A stretch of DNA of 63,923 bases, filler included, from Olpidium bornovanus S191 (Eukaryota > Fungi > Olpidiomycota), in assembly GCA_017911155.1 (NCBI GenBank). It is 32 parts of 32 records of this genome, joined end to end, with 100 filler letters (N's around TTAATTAATTAA, not from the genome) between each part and the next. Parts side by side here need not be neighbours in the genome. Positions count along the whole stretch, not along the records: positions 1 to 2,071 come from JAEFCI010008231.1; positions 2,172 to 3,497 come from JAEFCI010000839.1; positions 3,598 to 5,032 come from JAEFCI010009686.1; positions 5,133 to 8,227 come from JAEFCI010004444.1; positions 8,328 to 9,752 come from JAEFCI010006356.1; positions 9,853 to 11,037 come from JAEFCI010007404.1; positions 11,138 to 14,660 come from JAEFCI010012176.1; 25 more parts are not named here. One strand, 5' to 3'. Each line of letters opens with the position of its first letter. Position 1 is the first letter of the stretch. A program made the translations under genes and the position numbers. The notes below the pieces were generated by a model. It did not search any database. It was not told where the DNA came from and was given only the letters and a program-made list of their open reading frames with translations. Positions 1 through 11,163 of this stretch are shown one piece after another.

Positions 1-964
1 GGGCGCGCGCAAGGTTTGCCCTTGTGCCGGACCGGGCTTCCGCCGGGGACCGGGTGCTGGCACGTGACCTGACGGCGCTGGAGAGGCCTCGGGACCCTCT
101 CAGCGCACCTTTTTCGCCATGACAATTTGGCGGGCGTCTCGGTTAAGGCCATAATGGCCTCCTACGGCTGAATCTCCTCCTGCGCGGAGAAACACTACCG
201 TGAAAAGTCGGAATATGAACGACCCGAGCACGTGGTAAAACTGCCTTCCACCGTTGACCCCGCGGTCTTTTACGACACCCGCAATGCGGAAAGAAAGCAG
301 CGCACGCCTTGAGTCATGTCGTGAAACTGCATCACCCTCGGCATCCCGCACCTCCGAGGGCGAACCCCCTGTGGTCTGGACCCACGACGAGACCATTGGC
401 AGGCTGCAACGCGCGGCACGTGCTGTTGCACTCATCAAGATACCGCGGGGAAGAGGGCGCCACAAACCCTCGAGGGCAAAATGCCGAGCGCTGTCGGCCG
501 CCCCGTCTCCCGCGGACCTATCCATACTGCCCGCCGGCTGGGCTGGGCCACGGGGCATGACCTGAGCATGTCGCAAAACTGCATCACTTGCACGAGGACC
601 TGCGACATCACCCGCACGGTGAATGAAGTCCCATGCTGGGCCTCATCCACCGCCTGAACAATTCGCGTGATGTCACAAAAAACGGCGGCAGGCACGTGGT
701 ATGAAAAAAAAAAATTAGACGAAAATACGGCTGCCAAAAGCATTTGCCAAGGGGTAAATATATGAACCGCGTCCCGGATGGAATTGCAAAAATGTCACAA
801 GATGTTCACAAGATGTTCGTGTGCAAATACCGCGGATATTGAACTCAAGTGTATGGAGCGCGCCCTTTTTTTCTTGTATTTGCATTCATCTTGCCATCAA
901 CTCCGCTTTCTTCTGTCCAGGCACTGCCGAATGCTGTTCCAAAATGATCTCGCTATGTTTCGCT

Positions 965-1978
965 CTACAGCGTGACGACCCAATTCTTTTCGTGAGGTGC
1001 CGCTTTGACCGCGGTTCGTTTGACAATGTCATCTTGACACGCCAACCGGATCCGTTCTGCGGTGGCCGGAGAATCCAGCCGGAAGGGGACGACGTTTTCG
1101 CCGGAGACGGCCAACCCGGCGTCAGACCTGAGAAAAGACGACGCGGCAATGAGTAACGTGAACAGGAACGTAGATGCCAGAGCCGGTGGGGAAAAAAAAG
1201 TCTCGGCGTAACGAGCAAGGAAAGGGAGCGAACGGGATCGCAACAATCGGAAAAACTTTCCGGGACCCACCTTGCGGCTTTGACTGCATCGCGGATTGCA
1301 AACAACACGGTCGACCCCAAGAACAGCGGAGGCTCTCCTACGCCCTTGGAACTGCCGATTGTTTTCAGGTGGGGATATCTGGCTCCCTTAAGAAGATTTA
1401 TGTTGAACTCCTGCGGTATGTCACGGAATCCTGGAAACAGGAGAATGAGTAATTTCCTGCTGAATTGGTCGCAACTCGTTACGCAAATCGACATCGACCG
1501 TCGTCAAAAAGAAACCTTACTCACCTGGGATTTTATAAGCACCTGCATTCGGATGACGGCCAAACGGTTGTCAGTTCAAACATCAGCGCACGAATTGACT
1601 GACGTACATCCATAACACTAGGGTCTCACCGGGACCAATGGTCTGGATTCGTCCGTTCGGGAACACTAGAGTCTCCTCCAAAGTCATAAGGCCCATTCCC
1701 TGTACAAAGGCACCTTCGACTTGGCCAACGTCGATTCCCATATTGAGCGATCGGCCGACATCCATCACGATGTCGGTGCGAAGGATGGTGAAATCGCCGC
1801 TTAGGACGTCAATCTCAACCTCCGAGTACGCTCCACCCTGGGTAAAATACGCGTACTTCAAGAGTCGAGGCGTTAAATCAATCAATTGCCCCCAAGCCCC
1901 GCGAGCTGTACCTCGCCACGATTCAGCCTATTACTCACCGGGTTCCCGCACATGGTTTCCCAATCAAACCCGATATCT
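965..1978 (-). CDS. XDH: Xanthine dehydrogenase, C-terminal exons (5' partial)
   Basis: Spliced segments [77 protein letters not shown]...[28 protein letters not shown] and [16 protein letters not shown] match the XDH molybdopterin-binding C-terminus. Confidence 0.93.
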
Positions 1979-2071
1979 AGGCGTGAAAGGACATTCCCTG
2001 TCAGTACCGACTCGTTCCAGCCACATTCGGCACCTGCAACGCGATGTTCGAATCACCAACGAGCTCTGCAA

Positions 2072-2171
2072 NNNNNNNNNNNNNNNNNNNNNNNNNNNNN
2101 NNNNNNNNNNNNNNNTTAATTAATTAANNNNNNNNNNNNNNNNNNNNNNNNNNNNNNNNNNNNNNNNNNNN
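2072..2171. other. Artificial contig linker (44 N + TTAATTAATTAA + 44 N), first of 31
   Basis: Identical 100-bp linkers start at 2072, 3498, 5033, 8228, 9753, 11038, 14661, 16277, 17937, 21313, 22853, 24162, 29675, 30858, 32410, 33831, 35934, 37560, 38718, 40448, 42069, 46023, 47183, 48683, 50683, 52711, 55201, 56868, 58537, 60662 and 62173. TTAATTAATTAA gives a stop in all six frames. Confidence 0.99.
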
Positions 2172-3169
2172 CATGCCCTCGTCCGTCATCATACCTCCCC
2201 TCCCCTCCCCCGCTCGTTGCCCTCCAATTGCACTCTCTAGCGTCTCGTTCGGGCTCCGACGAGCAGAGGAGGGCAATTGCGTCGCGACCATCTTCATTTT
2301 TATAGCAAGAGGGCGAGAAGTGAGGGAAGTCCCACGAATGATCGACCCCTCGGTCCGAAGACTTAAGCTCGCTCACTTAGCAACACGACACATTGGCGCG
2401 CTTTTGATGAATTCTTCGAGTCCGTGTGCAAAAAAAAAGTATAGAAAAAGGGAGGGAGGGGTTTGGTGGTCGGTGTGTGTGTGTGTGTGTGTGTGTGTGG
2501 AATAACTCTCTGTGCGCCACCATATGCGCACTCGTCCTGAGCATGACAATGATATCAGAGAACAGCGAGGAGTGCACTCACAATTCCCTTCGACCGCAAG
2601 CAGCGGTTGGCCTCAGGCACGCCACCCCCCTTGCAGACGTGGCGGGGCACTTGTACGGCTATCAATGACGGGCCAAAGGCAAACGACCGATATCCCTTTA
2701 CACCCTCAGTAGAGTTTGCCTCCAGTAGCTCACGTGTACTTGGGTGACATGGCAGTAGCTAAGGCCCGCTGCGCGGCGATGTGAGCAGCTGGGTACTCGC
2801 CCTGGTTGTTCTCGTCGTAAAGAGCACGAATCCGCAATGCCCGCCACACAATTTCCTGCAGTAATCCCATCGCGGTTTGCCGAGTCACGAGTGTCACTGT
2901 TTCCCAGTATACTCAAAAGAGGCCGACATAGTGTTTCTGCGGCAATTGTGGATCCTGGGTCATGGCGGCCTTATTATCATTAAGAGCTCACACTTTATCT
3001 GGCCGGAAAAAAAAAACGCTGTGGCCCGTCCATTATTTGACTGATATAATCAGATTCAAGGCACACAGGGGAGTGCTTTCGCTTACTGTTGTAATGTATC
3101 GGCGGGAGGCGTGCAGAGAGGAAAAGCGGGAGAGGGAAGCGGGGAAGAAGAAGGGGGGGGGAGGACACG

Positions 3170-3345
3170 TAGTCACGTGGGCGGCGACGGCTCGTGGGTT
3201 TGCGTTGTCTTGGACGCCTCCGCCGTCCGTTTTAGTTTCGTCGCCTTTTTCTTCTGCCGCTTTGCCCGCTTCTTCGCCGTCCGGTCCTCCTCTTCCGCAC
3301 GGATCCGTGACATCTTCTGTTCAAACTCCTCAGCTTCTTTATCCT
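3170..3345 (-). CDS. PRKRIP1: PRKRIP1-like spliceosomal protein, exon fragment
   Basis: KDKEAEEFEQKMSRIRAEEEDRTAKKRAKRQKKK resembles the PRKRIP1 motif EF..K......AEE.TAK.R.KRQK.K. Boundaries are approximate. Confidence 0.55.
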
Positions 3346-3424
3346 TGTTTCGGCGCGGGCGGCGGCCGCGGTGGGGGGGGGGGGCGCATTTGGATGGGGT
3401 ACTTCACGGTTTCCTCCGGGGCAT

Positions 3425-3497
<73 letters not shown>

Positions 3498-3735
3498 NNN
3501 NNNNNNNNNNNNNNNNNNNNNNNNNNNNNNNNNNNNNNNNNTTAATTAATTAANNNNNNNNNNNNNNNNNNNNNNNNNNNNNNNNNNNNNNNNNNNNCCA
3601 TGTCGCAAATAGGGAATGTGTCGGAGTCGCTGTCGGTAACGGGAAAACCCGCTCTAGATCCTGCGGCCGCCCTATCGACGTCGGCGCCAGCCAACACAAA
3701 AGAGCAAACCCCACGCCGCACTGTGGCCACGTCCC

Positions 3736-4306
3736 TCATTTCTCCCTCTTTGGGTTCTGCGAAATGGACAAACGAACAACGCGCAAATTACGGGTTAGAT
3801 CGGCTACGCGTTCAAAACGGAAAGCGCGGGAAACTGATAAAACCAAGCTCTCCCCTTGAGGGGAAGATAGAGAAACCAAGCCAAATTATACCGGAGCCGA
3901 CGAACACTCCCTCCCGGGACCGGAGCCGCGGAAGCGCGCGAAAGGAAACGGACAATCGCGCCCGGGATCGCGGCCTGGCCCGGCAGAACCCGCCTATTTT
4001 CCGCGTTCTTCCTCCAAAAGCGTCCGCCGGCCACGTGTCAAAGAAAGGTTTGCGGGAGGGTCTTCGGAGGGTGGGGTGACGGGGCGGAGGTGCGTGGGTC
4101 TGCAGCTCTCTCCGCCCTCTCACCTCCGGAGATGTTTTCCAGGCCTGGGCGGCAGCCTTGAAGCGCGCCTTGTGGTCAAGGCCGGACTTGGACTCCTTGA
4201 GCCTTGCAAGCTCCGCCTTCATGAACTTGTTGTAGGCGGATATCTTCTTGGGTCCCCCGCTCGCACCGGTCTTCTTGCTGGGTGCGGAGCGTGCAGCCTT
4301 GGCCAT
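3736..4306 (-). CDS. 67-aa YABBY-like HMG-box protein, two exons (4306-4124, 3756-3736), apparently complete
   Basis: MAKAARSAPSKKTGASGGPKKISAYNKFMKAELARLKESKSGLDHKARFKAAAQAWKTSPE, GTGAGA donor at 4123, CAG acceptor ending at 3757, then NPKREK*. SAYNxFMKxE...HKxxFxxAAxxW is the YABBY/HMG-like helix pattern. Confidence 0.75.
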
Positions 4307-4850
4307 TTTCCGCTTGAGATCGGGAGTTGAGGGGTGGGGGGGGAAGGTGGGGGTGGGGAGGATCAGGGACGGGCGGGGAAAAAGACGCGGCGGGCCGGGC
4401 GAAGGGCGCGCGCGTCGGGGAGGGTTAGTATCGCCGCGAGGAGGAAACGCGTCGGGCGAGCAAGCGCGGGCCCTGGGCGGCCGCAGAAAGGCTGAGAAAA
4501 ACGCGGGGTGGAAAGGACGAGCGGGAGGGGGGAGAAATGGCGGCGGCAGGGATGGGGGAGGGGAAGGCGACGGCCGAGGGGAGGGGGGGGGGGATGGGGC
4601 GGCGAAGGGCGCGCAGGTCCCGCGTACCTTTTGGGCGCGGGAGACGGGGCGGGACGGGTTGCGGGGTGCGGGGTGCGCGCGGGAGTGTGTGGGGGGAGGG
4701 GGGAGACGGTGGTTCCTCTCTCGCGCGCGTCCGGGTGGGGTTTTTTTTTTTTTTTTTTTTATTCTTTCCTCTTCTTTTCTCTTTGTTACCTTTCTTTTCT
4801 TCTGCTCTTCTTTAGGGGGGGGGGAAAAAAGGGAAAAGAAGAAGAAAAGG

Positions 4851-4881
<31 letters not shown>

Positions 4882-4964
4882 CTTCCAAGGGAAAGGCCGC
4901 GCGGCGGGCGGGCGGGCGGGCGGTGGGTGGGGGAAGGGGATAAAGGGGGGAGGAAAAGGAGAGG

Positions 4965-5003
<39 letters not shown>

Positions 5004-5132
5004 GGCGGGGGGGGGGGGGAGGGGGAGAGGGGNNNNNNNNNNNNNNNNNNNNNNNNNNNNNNNNNNNNNNNNNNNNTTAATTAATTAANNNNNNNNNNNN
5101 NNNNNNNNNNNNNNNNNNNNNNNNNNNNNNNN

Positions 5133-5306
5133 ACGAAGCACATTTTGCTTAAGTTCTATTTCACACATAAACTTATTGGGACAGAAATCGATTTACGGCG
5201 AGTTCCGTCTGAGGACAACTTAGCCGATCTCTTAGCTAAGGCTTTGCCCATGCGAAAGGTAACAACCGATCAAAGACCTTGGTTTAAACCTCTGGCCGGT
5301 TCGTAA
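5133..5306 (+). mobile_element. Ty1/copia pol C-terminus (RNase H tail)
   Basis: TKHILLKFYFTHKLIGTEIDLRRVPSEDNLADLLAKALP...* matches the copia pattern TKHI....F......I.L..VPS.DN.AD.LTKAL. Confidence 0.8.
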
Positions 5307-5399
5307 CTTGCCGCGACCGAGCCGGCTAACCGCCCGTTTCGTGGAAATGCCAACGTTCTCGCGCCCAAGGCCAATGAAGCGGCGTCCATGTCGAAAGAA

Positions 5400-7077
5400 C
5401 CCCGCTCCGAGTACAGGCGGGGGGCGCGGGTCCACAGGAGAAGCATCTGCCCGACCATTTCCTCGAATACGAAGTAGGCCTCGTCGTCCTGCAGCCTCCG
5501 CGCGTCGATCTGGACCAACCGGTCCACGGCAAGGTCGTGCGAGCGTACAGCTGCGTGCAGCTTCCTAATATGTCGCTGAAGCTTTTGGGGAATAACACAC
5601 ACGGAGCTTTAGGTGGGTGGGCTGCTGACGAGGAAAAAACGTCCACGCGCCTCGCAATCACCTGGTCGCTGCCGACCACCGCAAAGTCCTCCAACAGGAG
5701 TATTCTCCAGATCGAGGGCCGGAGGGACGAGTGGACGCCTCGTTTGGCGAATTGCAGTGCAGCGGCCACCGACCGCGACCGGCATATTCTCTCGCCCAGT
5801 TTGACGTGGGACGCGAGGAAAGCGTCGGCCTTCGCTGCAAAATCAGGTCAGCGTTGAACGAAGAGGATGACACCCTAGTCGATGGCCAGTGGAAGTGAAA
5901 CTGGGGAGGCACCTGGGTCGCCGTAGACGTCATCCACGCTGCACTGGGCGTACCCCGGCGCAAGCTCCATGTACCTCGCGCGGAGCTCGTCCACAGTAGG
6001 GCATTCAAAGTGCAATGGCATGCTGTACCAGATATCCGGGGCCGCACCTGGACACCTGTTCTGCGCGCTAGATCCGAGTTGTGACCCGCGCGTGCTCAAT
6101 AAACGGTAGATATGAGGGATGCTTTGCGCGTCACGTACCACTCGTCGTCGGAGTTTCCGCGGATGCCGCATATGGCCTCCAGCAGGTCGGCGTCGTCGTA
6201 TAGGTAGCAGCTCGAATACGACGAGATAACGTCAGGATCGGCGCCAGCCGCAGCTTTTAGAAAAGCGTCCTCCTTCGGATCCTGGGCGAATCCTATTGAC
6301 TTCGCAGCGGATTCCTCGGCAGCTCGCAAGAATTCCACTGGACGCTATATCATTTGAGACGCCGTAGCCGGCCAAGTCAGTTGATTCCAGGCCGCGGCGC
6401 GTATACGCGCCTGGCGGTGTTAAGTAAGCATGTGTAGCCTCCGGCACATACTGCCTGCGCCAACGGCACTCTGAATTCCAGGGCTAACCGGTTCAGCCTC
6501 CTTCGCATGGTGCTCTCAATCATTTTCCGCGCTGCCTCGATGCCAGCGTGCTGTTCCCGCGGCGCAGATATGAAGATGGTTGACCCGGTCGCGTCCGGTT
6601 CTGGCCTTTTCCGCCCGTCGTCAGGCGCGGTCTGCCGCTCTTCCGGCGACACCATGAACTGCCAGGGACTTACGGTAGCAGATACCCGGGATACTCGATC
6701 CTCGTTTCAGCCGCGCGGGCGGCGGTGCACGAAGTCCGGCAGCTTGTTCCGATGATTGTGGCCTCCCTGCCGAAACGCGAGATCGCGTAGTTGGACACCT
6801 GTGCCCCAGCACCCGTGAACTCGTTTAAGAACGTCTTGCACAGTGTCTCCACTTCGGAGAGCCGGAATTCTGGCTGCATTATCCGTTGCTGCGATCGTCG
6901 TCGTTCGGTTATCGTGATCTGCGCGGGCGGGGACGCACGCCGTGCAGGAGACTCCCGTACCTCGAGGATTTGCTTAAACTCGTAGTAGACAGGCCTGCGG
7001 GAGAATTGCTCGTGGGCGGCTGCAGCGAGAACGCGCAGCTTGCCAAGTGCTGGACGGCACCGCCGAGTTCCGCGCAT
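5400..7077 (-). CDS. TBC1D19: TBC1D19 orthologue (divergent TBC domain), multi-exon, 3' part missing
   Basis: Colinear exons MQPEFRLSEVETLCKTFLNEF, MIESTMRRRLNRLALEFRVPLAQ, YLYDDADLLEAICGIR, MPLHFECPTVDELRARYMEL, AAALQFAKRGVHSSLRPSIWRILL and LHAAVRSHDLAVDRLVQIDARRLQDDEAYFVFEEMVGQMLL match the recalled human TBC1D19 segments (e.g. HDLLVDSLIYKDV..TASNDDYYFVFED) in order. Confidence 0.85.
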
Positions 7078-8327
7078 CAGCAAAACGGACGAGGGCGCCG
7101 GAGCCCAGCAGACTGCGTATTCTCCTCCCGCCGTAAAGACCGGCGAATGCCCAAATCTGAACGATCTGGGATACCTTGGGCGTCGCAGCTGGTGGCCACC
7201 GCCATTTTCGAAGGGCGTCCAGCGGCCTTCCCAGCGAAACGAACCGAACGAGGAGCGCTCCGCTGTCTTGGAGGTGGCCGTCCGCGACGGGGAATTGGTC
7301 GGCCTGCGAGATCTCGAGCGGGGCTTCAACGGACTTCGTCGGTGCCTAGGCTGTTCCCGCACGTGCTTGCCAGACCGAGGCGAAGCCAGAGATAACCCGG
7401 GCTGAGCGAAAGTGCAGTTCTCGGCACCTCACCCTGTTGATCGCAGACCGCAATCTGGATTAACCAAAAATGAAAATGATAACCAAGCCTTGAGCAAAAG
7501 ATGGGGTAATGGAAAGCGGAGCGGTAGGAAAGTGGAGAGGGGTACAGTAGTGGTATGAAAGTGCACGGTTTTGGCTGCTTTCCTTTGTAACCCAGACTAA
7601 GCGGTGAGAAGTAGCGTTCTGCTCGCTGCCAACGCCCGCCGCCACTTGGAACGGTGTGCGCTTTTGCCAGCAGACCCGTTTGATGCTCATGTGCCAAAGG
7701 CCGAACAAGCCACGCGAGCACTGTCCTGAAACGATCAGAACGAAACAACCCCCGCGGGGAGTCTTCCCGCGCTGCTTCTGACATCCAAACTTTAATGCCA
7801 TGAAAAATCTTGGCGCGAGGAGTCCCTTGTTTCGATTGCACAGCGAGATCTGGGCAGATTTTCTTCCTAAAGATCTATATCATGCAATGAAGTTGGTGCA
7901 CGAGGATTTGCAGGAAATTATGGAGTGACAAAGATATGCGAAACCATGCACGCATGTCATTATATGTACCATGGGCCTGCCATGGTTTCACCATGTTCGC
8001 AAACTTTTGTTTCCAGAAGGGCAATTTGTTCTTGGTCCCTTTAACTTTTTGATCTGTCTGTCTTTAACAAGCAAGTGTTCGAAGGTACATGCGGATACTA
8101 AGTATACATGTGTACGCGCCACACGCCACAACCCCCCTTTTAACGAAAAATTTCGAAACGGGAGTGTAAAGAAGATTGAAGGGGAAAGAAAAGGAAGCGA
8201 TGTAGGAAATAAGTGCGAGTTAGCAGANNNNNNNNNNNNNNNNNNNNNNNNNNNNNNNNNNNNNNNNNNNNTTAATTAATTAANNNNNNNNNNNNNNNNN
8301 NNNNNNNNNNNNNNNNNNNNNNNNNNN

Positions 8328-8329
8328 GA

Positions 8330-8421
<92 letters not shown>

Positions 8422-8516
8422 AGAGAGAGAGAGAGCAGAGAGAGAGAGAGCAGAGAGAGAGAGAGCAGAGAGAGAGAGAGCAGAGAGAGAGAGAGCAGAG
8501 AGAGAGAGAGCAGAGA
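8328..8516. repeat. (AG)n microsatellite grading into a 14-bp GCAGAGAGAGAGAG higher-order repeat
   Basis: Visible directly. The contig begins inside the repeat. Confidence 0.95.
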
Positions 8517-8792
8517 AGAGACACGAACCGACAAGACCGTCCCGGAAGCTGCGGGGGGGGCGGGAAAGGGGGGAAAGTTCGCTCGGCCCCCACCCGCCCA
8601 GCCTCTTCCGCTTTTCTCCAGGGGGAGTAGCTCCGAGGTCGTCGCATCTCTTTGGAGAAAGGAAAGGGTCACTCTTTTTATATTTCGGGGTGGGGGGGGG
8701 GGTAGATCTAAAAGGCGGAGAGCGGGTTAAGCGCCCGGCCGAAGAAAAAAAGAAAAAAAAAATTTCGCCGGAGCTTTTATTCCTCCGCGGAC

Positions 8793-9427
8793 TCAGCCGG
8801 CGGCGGTTCTCGTGCGCAGGTTCGCCGCGTCCGCCACTTCCGCGGACGTCGCGAGGGCGGGCGAGGCGCCGCCCGCGCGGACCGGGGACTCCGGCGGCGG
8901 CAGGCCTCCGCCGGCGGTGGAAACGCGCAGGTCTGCGCGGCCGGCGGCGGCGGCGGCGCTCGCCGGCGGCGGAAGCCCTCCTCCCTCTTGCGGCCGGTCT
9001 CGGAAGTCCCCGCCCTCCCCCGCTTCCCGTTTCCTCCGCCGGACGTTCCGGGACCGAATCACCTTCGCCGCGAGGTACAGCCCGACGAACGCCGCGGCGA
9101 TGGAGATGGCCACCGTCGGCAGCACGCCCAGCCGGATAAAATTCTCGGTGGCCGTGTACTGCGCGTCCGCCGGGCCCTTCGGCAGGCCGCCGCCGCCGCC
9201 GCCGCCCGCGCCGGCCGTGGTGGTTGTCGGGGCGGCCGCGGTCGCGGATGGGGTGGGGAAGGTGCCGGCGGCGGGAATCGTCGACGGCGCCTGAGGTTCC
9301 CGGTCCGCCGTCGACGCCGGCCGCGTGGTTTCTGCCTCCGCCCGCTCCGAAGTAGTCTGGCCGGAGGGGGGCGATGCGCCTGTCGCCGCGGACGAAGACG
9401 AGGGCGAGGACGAGGACGAAGACGAGG

Positions 9428-9463
<36 letters not shown>

Positions 9464-9686
9464 GCTTTTCCTTGCCCGCCTGCTGCGCGTCCGCCCCGTC
9501 GCCGCCGCTGGATCCAAACATCGCCAGAGCGAGCAGACCGGCGGGCGGCGCCCCGACTCTGCGGCGGGCGACAGTCCGCCCGGACGCCGCCATCGACGAA
9601 CGTGGGGGGGGGGGGTGGGGGGGGGGGGGGTGGGGGGTTGTTAGCAGTGTACGGACGGTCATTCCATAACGGAAAACGTCGCTCAC
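8793..9686 (-). CDS. Hypothetical single-pass membrane protein with Ser/Thr/Ala-rich ectodomain
   Basis: Low-complexity S/T/P/A region, then hydrophobic LGVLPTVAISIAAAFVGLYLAAKVI, then basic RSRNVRRRKR (positive-inside rule). The start is uncertain. Confidence 0.5.
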
Positions 9687-11163
9687 TGAGGATCACCATA
9701 ACGCCGTTTACAAAACGGCATTATTTGAGTAAAAAGGTGTGGTGGAAAGGGCNNNNNNNNNNNNNNNNNNNNNNNNNNNNNNNNNNNNNNNNNNNNTTAA
9801 TTAATTAANNNNNNNNNNNNNNNNNNNNNNNNNNNNNNNNNNNNNNNNNNNNACGAATGTTCCTCAACCGAAATTCGTATTCTCCGCAAACAAGATGGTA
9901 GAGGACAAACCAAATGATCAACCACGGAAGCGGCCGAGCGTACACGCGGTCGGCTGTCGAAGAGGGGCATCCGGCTGAGCCTTCACCGTCGCAACCACAG
10001 GCCTTTTCGCAGGTCCGGTCCACAGCCATAATTCAATTGAGCCGCCGGTCGCCGGCAGCCTCGGGCGTCTTGTCGGCTGGTGAGTCGACCAGGCGTTCCC
10101 GGCCAGGGCTCACCGTTGGCTGCTAAGCTGATTCGCGCAGGACGGGCTCTTCGGTGAGGGAACGCCGCCTTGCACTTGCGTCGTGTCCGGGGAAAGTGCA
10201 ACGAACGAACAGAGGCAAGGGCCGACATCAGCGCCGGGGGTCTTTGGCTTGACGGAGAGCAGAGCGTTTCAAGCCGAAATGAAAAAAGAAAAACATTCAC
10301 CCCCACACCCCCCCTTTTCTTTCGCGGAGCGGTAGCGAGGCCGGCAGTCCACGCAAGGGGAACGGTGAGGATAGTTCGAATTGATCAATAAGCCAAGTGT
10401 ATTTGCGCATGAGTCATGAGAAAACTACAGTAATTGGCGCCATGACGTTTCCCCCGGCATTTTCAAGGGATTGGGATCCCTCCCGGCCGAGAACGGCAAG
10501 GAAATGGTATTATAATCTGATTGAGCACATGGAGCAACGGCGATCTCTCGGCGGGGCTGTCTTGATTGGTGGTTTGGGGTCCGCAGGACGTGCATTGAGA
10601 CGCCGCCCGCATCTGTGCGCCCCATTGAGGCTGGCCTACGTACAGACGTATATATTTATGTAAGGTATATACAAGATTAAAATGTAAAAATAGCGTTGAG
10701 CAAGGAGTCTAACGGCAAGAAGTGCGTCAGGACTTTCGACGAGGGACACTTAAAAGAAGGACAATCAGTCGAAGCAACCGCGAATATGTCACAGAGAGTT
10801 CTCCGCCGACGCCGTGTCTGATCTTCTGCCGGCGACTGGTTCCGACATTTGACCGACGACAACGTTGTGAAGCGTAAAACGCAACGCGGCAGGGGAGAAG
10901 AGAAATCAAGACAGACTTTCAAACTTACCACGAGAAGGTTCTCAAACCACCGTCGCAACGCGGCACTGGCCTCAGCATTATCCGGCGACGCGCTTCGAGG
11001 ACATGGCCGTTGCGCCGACAGATGATATGGACTCTGANNNNNNNNNNNNNNNNNNNNNNNNNNNNNNNNNNNNNNNNNNNNTTAATTAATTAANNNNNNN
11101 NNNNNNNNNNNNNNNNNNNNNNNNNNNNNNNNNNNNNAAAGCGCGGGAGGAGGGGGCGGGGGA

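Noticed and set aside
2116-2127. TTAATTAATTAA recurring 31 times between fixed-length spacers (superficially CRISPR-like)
   Set aside because: It is a synthetic six-frame stop linker flanked by Ns. ORFs ending in X...LIN are artefacts of it.
3424-3497. Long poly-G/poly-C runs (also 15595-15690, 21413-21530, 55119-55195, 62128-62172) as G-quadruplex elements or poly-Gly/Pro proteins
   Set aside because: They sit at contig ends and are typical of low-quality or two-colour sequencing and assembly breaks. Their lengths are unreliable.
3812-4943. Long ORFs with poly-Phe/Lys/Gly tracts
   Set aside because: These are translations of homopolymers. Only the 4306-4124 part looks coding.
9853-11037. 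Contigs with only short ORFs (also 22953-24161, 29775-30857, 36034-37559, 46123-47182)
   Set aside because: I recognised no protein family, RNA structure or repeat. They may hold unrecognised exons, but I cannot support a call.
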